A DNA stretch of 64,000 nt, taken from contig OZ241841.1 of NCBI GenBank assembly GCA_965202665.1, positions 1,696,001-1,760,000 of the forward strand. Reading direction: 5' to 3'. A program made the position numbers and the translations under genes. Under the pieces are notes generated by a model. The model made no database searches and had not been told where the DNA came from. It saw nothing but the letters and a program-made list of their open reading frames with translations. This stretch comes from Candidatus Spongiisociaceae bacterium. Its GTDB lineage: Bacteria > Actinomycetota > Acidimicrobiia > Spongiisociales > Spongiisociaceae. The first letter of the stretch is position 1, and each line of letters opens with the position of its first letter. Below are positions 1 through 8,292 of this stretch, in pieces.

Positions 1-1
1 A

Positions 2-187
2 CAACAGGCATCTCACATCCTGTTTTCACCTCCGCCAGGCTCTTTGCCATCACCAGATGAACTTCGTAAGGAACTGGAACGTCTTGATTTGGAAGAGCAG
101 GGATGGGTGGAGGAATACGGGGAGGTTCCCCGCCGGTATTCTGCTCGTCCGAGACGGCAACGCCCTGATGGGAATGCGAGCAAATGA
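2..187 (+). CDS. 3' end of a hypothetical protein (partial, runs off window start)
   Basis: Open frame from position 2 (QQASHILFSPPPGSLPSPDELRKELERLDLEEQGW...ASK*). Its TGA overlaps the next ATG (ATGA at 184-187). Confidence 0.6.
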   Translation, partial: QQASHILFSPPPGSLPSPDELRKELERLDLEEQGWVEEYGEVPRRYSARPRRQRPDGNASK

Positions 188-1119
188 TTTTCGCAGGCAT
201 CCCGCGTACGAGAGGTGAATGGCCTGAAGGTGTGTTGGAGCACCTAGGTTCCTTCCGGCAGGGTGATGTTGTTGAAGGTTTTCCTATGTCTTATCTTGGG
301 AACCCGGATGTTCCCGTCCATGCGCAAACAGCGGCATATCTCGGCAAAGGTCCGGGAACGATCGAATTTGAGGAGGAGTTTCCGTATGGGATGATAACGA
401 CGCAGACTTGTGATATTATAGAGGAGGATAGTAAACAACCATCCCGGCCGTGGGTGCAAATGGTACCTGTTTACGATGGAGAGCATAAACACGAACCAAC
501 CACAGGTTCGACAAAACGACCTTCCTATATTCCTAGCAATTACCGAAGGTCTATAACGGAAGGCGGAGGCCCTCAGTATTTACTACGTTTGCAAGATTTT
601 CCCCGGGAAGGGTTTTGGGTTGCTGATCTGCGTTTGAGCATTTCCGTAGATAAGGGATGGTTGCTGGGACGCGATCCTATCAGGGTTTTTGGATCTGAGG
701 AAAGTCGCAGGATAGTCGGTAGCAGATTAGCGATGCTCGTAGACCGCCCAGCATTCGACGGAAAGTTTGAGCGGGCGGTAAGGAGACCATTAGCAAAAGA
801 ACTAGCTTCTCTAGAGAACACTCTACTTGGACAAGATATTTATCAGCAAGTGGCAGAATTTAGGATAAGGGCTGATGACAATATTAATATGGAGAGAGTT
901 GAGATATGGGTTTTTTCTGATTCGCCTTTGTCTGAAAATGTGCGAAGGTGGTTCGATGAACAGGCGGACCAGTGGAGGAGAAGGGCAGGTGAGGAGGATC
1001 TTGTTCTTCTCCCAACACAATATAGTCAGCTTGACGAAGTTAGTGCCAAAGAGTATCGTTCGCTAACCATGATGTCTTTACTTGATTTAACGCCCAATCC
1101 GCCCTGGTACCAAAACTGA
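184..1119 (+). CDS. Hypothetical protein with ITTQTCDI motif, accessory-region type
   Basis: 311 aa ORF coupled to the upstream gene. FRQGDV...GMITTQTCDI...WVQMVPV pattern; lower GC than backbone. Confidence 0.75.
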   Translation: MIFAGIPRTRGEWPEGVLEHLGSFRQGDVVEGFPMSYLGNPDVPVHAQTAAYLGKGPGTIEFEEEFPYGMITTQTCDIIEEDSKQPSRPWVQMVPVYDGEHKHEPTTGSTKRPSYIPSNYRRSITEGGGPQYLLRLQDFPREGFWVADLRLSISVDKGWLLGRDPIRVFGSEESRRIVGSRLAMLVDRPAFDGKFERAVRRPLAKELASLENTLLGQDIYQQVAEFRIRADDNINMERVEIWVFSDSPLSENVRRWFDEQADQWRRRAGEEDLVLLPTQYSQLDEVSAKEYRSLTMMSLLDLTPNPPWYQN

Positions 1120-1134
1120 TAGTAAGGTAGCGAT

Positions 1135-1344
1135 ATGGTGAATTTTCCTGAAGCTAGGTCTGGTGCTCCGGTCGAGACGACGGTGCCATCCTATGACGAG
1201 GCGGCTGTTGATAGGCAGATTGACCGGATGGTGGAAGAGATTGCGGCCTGCCTCCCGGAGGGGTACGGGTTTGATTGGGAGAGTGGTGCGGTGGTTCGCC
1301 TTGACCCGTCCCTGCCTTGGCACCCATGGTGCGCCCACGACTGA
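1135..1344 (+). CDS. Small hypothetical protein
   Basis: 69 aa ORF with AAGG-type RBS just after the previous stop; no motif recognised. Confidence 0.4.
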   Translation: MVNFPEARSGAPVETTVPSYDEAAVDRQIDRMVEEIAACLPEGYGFDWESGAVVRLDPSLPWHPWCAHD

Positions 1345-1421
1345 ACCAGAGGCGGCTTGGCGATTGAGATGAGTATACTTGGATTTGTTCTGACCAGACG
1401 GAAGGCCGGAGAGGAGGATGC

Positions 1422-2111
1422 GTGATGGAGCAAAACCGAGATGAGCGGGAGAGTGCCGCGGCTGGGATCAGTTCGCGTATCAGCTCCGAGGATGAGAGGC
1501 GTCGGTTGGATGCGATCATAAAGGATTACGACCGACGCAAGGCGACGGTTCGTCGGGTGCTAGAGGATGTGCTGGCTACGGAATGCGCAAGTCAGGACGG
1601 GCCGCTAACGGAGATGCTGTCGGAGGGGTACAGGGAGCAGACCGGCAAGACGGTGGAGATTGCAATGGTGTCCGACTTTCTGTCCGAAATTTCCGACCAG
1701 TTGTCCCTTCCCAAGAACCCAAAGAAGAAGCCCCCGCCCCCAAAGAAGCCCAAGAAGCCCAGGAAGCAGAGCCCGCGGCCTAAAGTGGTGGTCGGACCAG
1801 ACGGTGAAGAACGGGCGGTGCCCTACGGTTGGGCGGGGGCGTTTCGCGCCATTGCCCAAGAGATCGCCACCGACTATCCCGGTCAGGAGGATATTTGGGG
1901 GAGCCTGCCTTTCATCATGCCCAAACATCTTCTACCAGACTATGTGAAAGATATCGCTGCCAATGTCGAAGTCGTTCCGGGGCTGTGGTTGAACACCCAC
2001 GGCAGCGCCGAGGCGGTGCTACGCAATATGCATATGATGCTGGAGGCCTTTGGTTACCCGCCCCATCAATGGCGGTTGCGACTCAACGACGGCACTTGGC
2101 TGAAACTCTAA
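1422..2111 (+). CDS. Hypothetical protein with Lys/Pro linker and SeqA-like C-terminal domain
   Basis: GAGGAGG RBS. Helical N-terminus, PKNPKKKPPPPKKPKK linker, C-terminal VPGLWLNTHGSAEAVLRNMHMMLEAFGYP resembling the SeqA C-domain pattern. Confidence 0.6.
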   Translation: MMEQNRDERESAAAGISSRISSEDERRRLDAIIKDYDRRKATVRRVLEDVLATECASQDGPLTEMLSEGYREQTGKTVEIAMVSDFLSEISDQLSLPKNPKKKPPPPKKPKKPRKQSPRPKVVVGPDGEERAVPYGWAGAFRAIAQEIATDYPGQEDIWGSLPFIMPKHLLPDYVKDIAANVEVVPGLWLNTHGSAEAVLRNMHMMLEAFGYPPHQWRLRLNDGTWLKL

Positions 2112-2122
2112 GAGGGAATGGT

Positions 2123-2440
2123 TTAGGCGACCGCCCAGCGGAGTTTCTGCCACCAGTCGGTGCCCTGCGGACCCGCCCCGATGCTCACCACCGCCCCGTC
2201 GGAGCACAGCACTTCGGCCACCGCCGCATCCCCCTGGGCGGACAGGGACAGCATCTCGCACCCCACGAACCGTTCCAGCCCGTAGGAGTGCAGGTTCTGC
2301 CCGATGTCCTCCAGCCAAGCCTGCAACACCACGGCTGCCCCCACGCTTTTCGCATCCCGCGCCTCCCCCAGCGGGTGATACCACAACGGCTCAAAGGCAT
2401 CCTCATCAAAGATAACCTGCCCAATCGTAAGGTATTGCAC
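2123..2440 (-). CDS. Hypothetical protein
   Basis: 105 aa ORF with GAGGGAGG RBS upstream of a GTG start; convergent with 1422..2111. Confidence 0.55.
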   Translation of the reverse strand: MQYLTIGQVIFDEDAFEPLWYHPLGEARDAKSVGAAVVLQAWLEDIGQNLHSYGLERFVGCEMLSLSAQGDAAVAEVLCSDGAVVSIGAGPQGTDWWQKLRWAVA

Positions 2441-2608
2441 GATGTTGTCCCTCCCTCTGGCTGAACTTGCGCGTCCTGTCGGGTGATACTATAGTAGCAG
2501 GTATAACGGAGCAGGGAAAGAAAGGATTAGACGAGGGTGGGTCCCTCAGGGTGCGTGAAACATTATTTATACTGTGACGCGGACCCTATATGCTAAAAAG
2601 GAGAAATA

Positions 2609-3169
2609 ATGGAACAAAAGTCTAGGTGGCATGTTTGGTTGGGTGTTATTGTTATGATAGTACTGTTGGGTATCGTAACGTTATTCATCATTATTGTCAC
2701 CAAAAATTTTCAACTAGAAACCCTACTTGTTTTTTTTGCGGGTTCGTTTCCTTCTCTGATATACTGGTCAGCTCAAAGACGTAAGGAAAAACAAGAAAGA
2801 GAAAATTGGATTTTACGAGATAAGAAAGCTTATCTTATAGAATTAGTAAGTATATTTGATTCGTTTATCCAAGATAAAGGTAGTGATGAAGCAAAACAGA
2901 GAAAATTATTAAAAAGATTCAAGTCTTTTCGACCTGCTCTTTTGATATGGGGGTCGCCTCCGGTGATCAAAGTGTGGAATGAACAAAAAGATATTTCTGG
3001 TGATTCTATGGAGGGTATCCGGCAGGCAGAAAAATTATTTAGAGCAATTCGGAAAGAATTAGATCACGATGATTCTCAATTACCACCTGGCGCGATTGTA
3101 GCAACACTTGTAAAACCTGAGGAAAAGAAAAAAGTTTACGAAGCTTGTAAAGATGAAAAAAATCATTAG
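2609..3169 (+). CDS. AT-rich membrane-anchored hypothetical protein (two N-terminal TM segments)
   Basis: AAGGAG RBS, TATGCT -10-like hexamer, two hydrophobic stretches followed by a helical soluble region. Confidence 0.75.
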   Translation: MEQKSRWHVWLGVIVMIVLLGIVTLFIIIVTKNFQLETLLVFFAGSFPSLIYWSAQRRKEKQERENWILRDKKAYLIELVSIFDSFIQDKGSDEAKQRKLLKRFKSFRPALLIWGSPPVIKVWNEQKDISGDSMEGIRQAEKLFRAIRKELDHDDSQLPPGAIVATLVKPEEKKKVYEACKDEKNH

Positions 3170-3180
3170 ATATTGATTTT

Positions 3181-3573
3181 TCAAATGTTTGGTGTGGTGG
3201 CTTTGGATAGTTTTTTGTCTAGGGTGGCTAGTTGGGCTTGGCGGCGGTGGGCGGTTTCCAGGTAGGCGGCGTCGTAGCCGCTTAGGTTGTGTTGGCGGGC
3301 CAAGGCTACTGTGTTGGCGTCATCTTGATCGTGGTCGGTGATTAGGGGGAGGGAGCGGAGGCGGTTGAGGTAGGCCTCGGCGGAACCTGCCTCGATGCGG
3401 CCTTTCCGTTCGGCTCCCACAAGCACGTTGCGTATCTCGTGCCAGAACAGGTCTGGGACTATGGCGGGTTCGCTATATATTCGGGCTATCACCTCGTCTG
3501 CTTCGGCGGTGCCCGGTCGGTCGCGGAAGCACCAGGTGGCTGCTATTGACGCATCAGCAACTATGGTCGTCAG
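3181..3573 (-). CDS. vapC: VapC-family PIN-domain ribonuclease toxin
   Basis: Frame extends upstream of the called ORF to give TIVADASIAATWCF (PIN strand 1 Asp), then WHEIRNVL, LSGYDAAYL and LATLD. Probable CTG start overlapping the Res stop (CTGA), with GAGGGA RBS. Confidence 0.85.
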   Translation of the reverse strand: MTTIVADASIAATWCFRDRPGTAEADEVIARIYSEPAIVPDLFWHEIRNVLVGAERKGRIEAGSAEAYLNRLRSLPLITDHDQDDANTVALARQHNLSGYDAAYLETAHRRQAQLATLDKKLSKATTPNI

Positions 3574-6413
3574 GCACGTCCCTCGTCTCGTGCTTCAAGA
3601 ATTTCTTCTAAAGACATTGTGGTTTCCCGGTTATCGCGTTCGGTGAACATTTCATTTTTGATTATGTCCAAAATCAAAGACCGGAGCGTACCTAACTCGG
3701 GGTGGAACTGGTTTTGGTTTACTCTTATGTATTTCCAGGGCGTATCGGTGGCGGTGCTCACCTTACGGCACCAGTCTTGCATCGCGGCGTCTTTTTGTTC
3801 TGTTCCCTCCCAGACTCGCCCTTTGGTTTCGATAATCCAGTTCAACTCGCCTGCTTCCGTATCTTGGACGACCACCCAATCCGGATGGTAGAAGCCGATG
3901 GCTCCGCTCGGTTTCAGATAATTTACCCGGAAGGCGGTTCCAGACCCGCCCTGCTCTGTTGTCCCAAGTGCGGCGAAGCGCAGAACATCCTCTGCCTGGT
4001 CAAGAAACTCCGCAAACCTACGCTCAAAAGGGTTGTAGGTGGCTACAAAATTGAATATTGTTTTTCTCGCTTCTAAAAGAGGTAGATCTCGTCTCCAGCT
4101 GAAAGATGGGGTGTCGGAGAGGTGATTATCTAGATTCTCGAATTCAATGCGACGACGCTCTACGGTCAGCGTGCCTATTTGAGAAGCCAAATATTTCGAT
4201 ATAGCTTCTTGTAATTCTGACCTGGACAAGTGGGAACTAGTGTTTTGATCGTTCAGATCGATCGTTCTGCCAAAGCAACGTTCTCTAACATAATCCTGTA
4301 CTGTTGGATATAATTCGTGGAACTGACCGCTCAAACCCGTTTGTTTAGCAACCTTTTGTGTAATACTTGATAGAAGTTCTTTTACAGAAACGGTGGATTC
4401 CACGGCTATATTTGCTTGGTGAACCTCGGTTTCAGTGGTGGCAAACTCCATTCGCAATCTTATTCGGTAGCGTTCGTCCAAATCTTCCTGTTGAAAGATG
4501 GGATCGAGTAAAGTTAGATCCAGGTTGGAAAGGTCTCGTAGATTATGATACATATCCGGTTTAGTTATAGGAATGTTTATATCATATTCCATCTTCTCTT
4601 GTAATGGTGCTATTTTCACTGGAAGGGGCGGGGGTTTTTTAGTAACGGTTACGCTCACTCCCTCGGTCTCTAGTTGTTCGCGTAAGAATCTGAGCAAATT
4701 TGGCGTACCTAAAACTTCTAATGTTTGCGTGCGATCGGGGCCTATCTGGGGCATCAACCGGAGGCCCCGACCTATCACCTGCTCTGGTAATATTTCAGCT
4801 TTGGCTGTGAAAGGTCGCAGACCGAGAACCACGGACACATTTCTTACATCCCATCCTTCGCGTAACATCATAACGCTTACGATAACCTTTATTTTGTTTG
4901 TGTCCTTATCAATATCGCGAGCCGCCTGACGGGCCTTATCAACATCTCCTTTACGTACCTCTCCAGTGTTATCAGTGTGGATAATCAACACTTCTGACTC
5001 TTTGAATCCATATTCAGGGCTAGAATACAGTGCTTGGCCTATTGCATCTGCGTAGGCGTTTTTCTCGGCCATGATGAACAAAACTGGTCTTACATTCAAG
5101 GCATTGTATGACTGGTAATGTTCTTTCCAGCGTTCAGTAGCACTTCTCAGCCAGTGGCCGTATTTTTCTACAACATCTTCTTTTGTTACTCTAGTGGGTT
5201 CGTGGGCGGGTTTTTCAGGACTGTCCTGATCCACTATTATCGGGGCTTTTACTATTCTGTCCTCCACGGCTTGGGCGAGAGGGTAGTCACAGACGGTCCA
5301 AGGAAAGAACATACCGTTTTGGTCTTTGGGCGTGGCGGAAAAATCCAGCCAAAGACTAACACCGTTTGGTAGTGCTTGGTTAATGGAAAGAAGAGATCTG
5401 CTCCAAGCCAAGTCTTCGTCATGAACATGATGGGCTTCATCGTTGATAATAACAAGGTCATTTAGCAACTTTATTCGTTCCATCATAGAACGTTGGCCGG
5501 AGGTAGCGATACCCGATGCGGGCTTGCCAAGTAATGCTTCTACGGCGTTGCTTGGAGTCCACTCCTGGTCACGCGACTCATAGAGTTGATGAATGTTGGT
5601 CAGGAAGAGATTACCGGAAGGATCGGGTTCGGTGGACTCTCCACGTAGAATGACCCTTTGTGAGAATACCCTTTTTAGTTCCGGTGGTATCAAAGGTAAC
5701 TCGTGAAATATTTGGTTGTTGGCAAAATCTTTTTCCAGTCTTTGATACACGATGACATTTGGGGCTACTATTAGAAAGTTAGTGGAAAGATTGGAGTCGG
5801 GCACCAGACGGCTGTGGAGATGAGACCAAACTATAGTCATAGCCATCACCCAAGTTTTTCCCGAACCCGTCGCCATTTTGAAAGCAAAACGACGTAAGTC
5901 TTTAGGTGGTAAATCTTGTGCCCCAAAATCGCTGCGTTCTGGTATGTAGCGGCGGACTTGTCGTTTCCCATCCGTAGTAGTTTGGAAAGATAAATTGCTT
6001 TCAGTGAGAGTATCCATATAAAAGGTGTGGTATTTTTGTATCAGATTCTTTGCATCGCGTTGGTTTGCTATTTCCACGAGCCAGGCTAAAGTGTCGATAG
6101 CCTCGCGTTGGCAAAAGTGATAGCGGAAAGGAACTTCAAAATTTTGCACTTCGTGGTCTTCCTCGAACCAATATTCAAACAGACGTTTGGTTACATCGGA
6201 GGCTCCCTGGTAGCCGCTACTGCGCCAAGCATCCACCGCCTCACGGATTTTGGGAACTAAAAAGATAGGGCTAGGTCGACGCCCGGAGGTTTCCTCGCGC
6301 CAACCTGTTGACGCTGTTTCGTCTTTGACCAGGTAGGAAACAGGCTCAACCCAAGGAAGACGACCTTGGATCCCCGGCAGTTGCTTGTCGTAGGGAATTA
6401 CTGGTTCAGACAT
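3570..6413 (-). CDS. res: Type III restriction enzyme Res subunit (SF2 helicase + PD-(D/E)xK nuclease) with extra C-terminal tail
   Basis: MATGSGKT, INDEAHH, SATP, LREGWD, QVIGRGLR helicase motifs; HPDWVV...IETKG nuclease motif; directly follows mod (TAATG overlap). Confidence 0.92.
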   Translation of the reverse strand: MSEPVIPYDKQLPGIQGRLPWVEPVSYLVKDETASTGWREETSGRRPSPIFLVPKIREAVDAWRSSGYQGASDVTKRLFEYWFEEDHEVQNFEVPFRYHFCQREAIDTLAWLVEIANQRDAKNLIQKYHTFYMDTLTESNLSFQTTTDGKRQVRRYIPERSDFGAQDLPPKDLRRFAFKMATGSGKTWVMAMTIVWSHLHSRLVPDSNLSTNFLIVAPNVIVYQRLEKDFANNQIFHELPLIPPELKRVFSQRVILRGESTEPDPSGNLFLTNIHQLYESRDQEWTPSNAVEALLGKPASGIATSGQRSMMERIKLLNDLVIINDEAHHVHDEDLAWSRSLLSINQALPNGVSLWLDFSATPKDQNGMFFPWTVCDYPLAQAVEDRIVKAPIIVDQDSPEKPAHEPTRVTKEDVVEKYGHWLRSATERWKEHYQSYNALNVRPVLFIMAEKNAYADAIGQALYSSPEYGFKESEVLIIHTDNTGEVRKGDVDKARQAARDIDKDTNKIKVIVSVMMLREGWDVRNVSVVLGLRPFTAKAEILPEQVIGRGLRLMPQIGPDRTQTLEVLGTPNLLRFLREQLETEGVSVTVTKKPPPLPVKIAPLQEKMEYDINIPITKPDMYHNLRDLSNLDLTLLDPIFQQEDLDERYRIRLRMEFATTETEVHQANIAVESTVSVKELLSSITQKVAKQTGLSGQFHELYPTVQDYVRERCFGRTIDLNDQNTSSHLSRSELQEAISKYLASQIGTLTVERRRIEFENLDNHLSDTPSFSWRRDLPLLEARKTIFNFVATYNPFERRFAEFLDQAEDVLRFAALGTTEQGGSGTAFRVNYLKPSGAIGFYHPDWVVVQDTEAGELNWIIETKGRVWEGTEQKDAAMQDWCRKVSTATDTPWKYIRVNQNQFHPELGTLRSLILDIIKNEMFTERDNRETTMSLEEILEARDEGRA

Positions 6414-8292
6414 TAACCGACCTCAATGTCAAAACCCTGAGTAGTATCGTTACCAAAAACATCTATCACTTTGACCAGAATACGATATACACCAGGGGTC
6501 TCGTATGTGTGGGTGTCTGTTTCGAGGCGGAGGGTTCGGTCCTTACGGGTCCGGTAATCCACCCATCCTTGTATAAAGGTGTCATTTTGGAAGTTCCAAT
6601 CGACAGACCAGTAGTCAATGTAATCTGACCATTCCTTTATTTTACCCCGTATATCATCAGGGATGAGCTCCGAATTTGGGATGACGAAATCCTTCAAGAT
6701 TATCTTTATAGAAAGAACATCGGATTTTTGGATATCGGTTTCAAGATATGCTAATTCAAAGAATTGTATATCGTCTTTGTCAACGGCTTGTTGTTCCATA
6801 ATCTCACGCGGTATCTGGAATAGTAATAATTTGATTCCTTTTTCTTTAGCCACACTGTGCATGAGTCCCCCCCCCGTATATTGTTATTAGGTCCGGCCAG
6901 TCCCATTTCCCACTCCCATCCCAAAACATGAAGCTCTTGTTGGTTTAAGTGAGCACATTCATTGAGTGCTTGATCTATTTCGGTTATAGTGATGGGAGCA
7001 TCAACTGACCCAATGTAAACTAATGCTTTATCTTTCTTGCCATGTAGGCACTCTAAGCCAGGAACAGGTTGCGCTCCATACAATTTCATCACAAACGAAT
7101 AGTATTCGTATATACGATGTTCAATAACTATCGGATTCCTTGACTCATAAAAGGCAGAATCTTGCCAGTATTGTCGTTCGTATTTGCCGAGATTAAGTAT
7201 TTCAAAGGGTTTACATTCTTCAATACCTAGTAACCGCTTTCGGGTAATATGAATACTCCAGCGTCCAAGATCGCAACCAATCCATCTTCTGTTTAGTTTT
7301 TCCGATACCGCGAGTGTGGTGCCTGCGCCGCAAAAAAAATCAGCAATAAGATCATCAGGATTTGATGACGCTTTTATTATCCGTGCTAACACACTTTCGT
7401 TCTTTTGAGTTTGGTAGCCTGTTTTTTCTTGGGAAAAACTCTTGATCTGAATAGAGTCTAGTGATTGATTTCCTTTTAAGGCGAATTCATGAGAATTGGC
7501 ATTCCAAACATCCTCAATAGGGTATCCGTTGCCTTTGGTTTGATCGTTTCCTCTACGTTGGTAATCATCAGAGTAAGGTATGTATTCTTTGTTGAATTTA
7601 AAGTAACCAGGTGTCTTTACATAAAAGAGAATTGTATCGTGATTACGAATCCAGTTTTTGGCTCTAGATTTATAACCAGATATCCAACCTATCCTCCATA
7701 TTATTTCCCTTTGAAAACTGCGCATTCCAAATATTTCATCCATCATAACCTTTACATAGTGACCTACGTTGGCATCAAGATGAACATATATTGCCCCACT
7801 ATCTTTTAGTAGTTCTCGCATTATAGATAGCCGTGATCTCACCATATCAAGATAGCTCTCTATACCCTCCTTCCAAGTATCTCTATAAGCTTTTTCCTCG
7901 ATAATAGAAGGTTCTTTTGTTGTTTGTATATCCGTATCGCCCAGTTCTGCTTTAAAAGAAAAATCCAAGCCTGTGGCGAATGGAGGATCGATATATATGA
8001 GATCAATTTTGCCAGCAAATCTTTCCAGTAGCGAGCTCATTACTAGCAGGTTGTCGCCCCAGATTAGTTTGTTTTTCCAGCCTTCTTCGAAGGTGTCGCC
8101 TTCGTTGCCTTGGTAGACATCGAATAGGGACATCCCTTTGGTTTGCTGTGTTTCGCGGGTGGCGCGGCTTTCGTTGACGGTCTCTATGACCTGGAAGGGC
8201 AGGCTGACGCGGGGCACCTCTTTCAGGGTGCCGTCTTCGTTGTATTTACCGGGCCAGACCAGCTCGGTTTTGGCGATTTCTATTTTGGTCAT
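6413..8292 (-). CDS. mod: Type III N6-adenine DNA methyltransferase Mod, frameshifted at a G9 tract (pieces 6751..8292 and 6413..6862)
   Basis: NKLIWGDNL, YIDPPF, QKNESVLARII and DFFCGAGTT (beta-class order). The C-terminal piece has DYIDYWSVDW and VKVIDVFGND. Adding one G joins the frames as ...NIRGGGLMHSVAKEKG. Confidence 0.88.
6867..6875 (-). repeat. G9 homopolymer at the mod frameshift
   Basis: Nine consecutive C on the + strand, exactly where the two mod frames switch. Confidence 0.9.
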
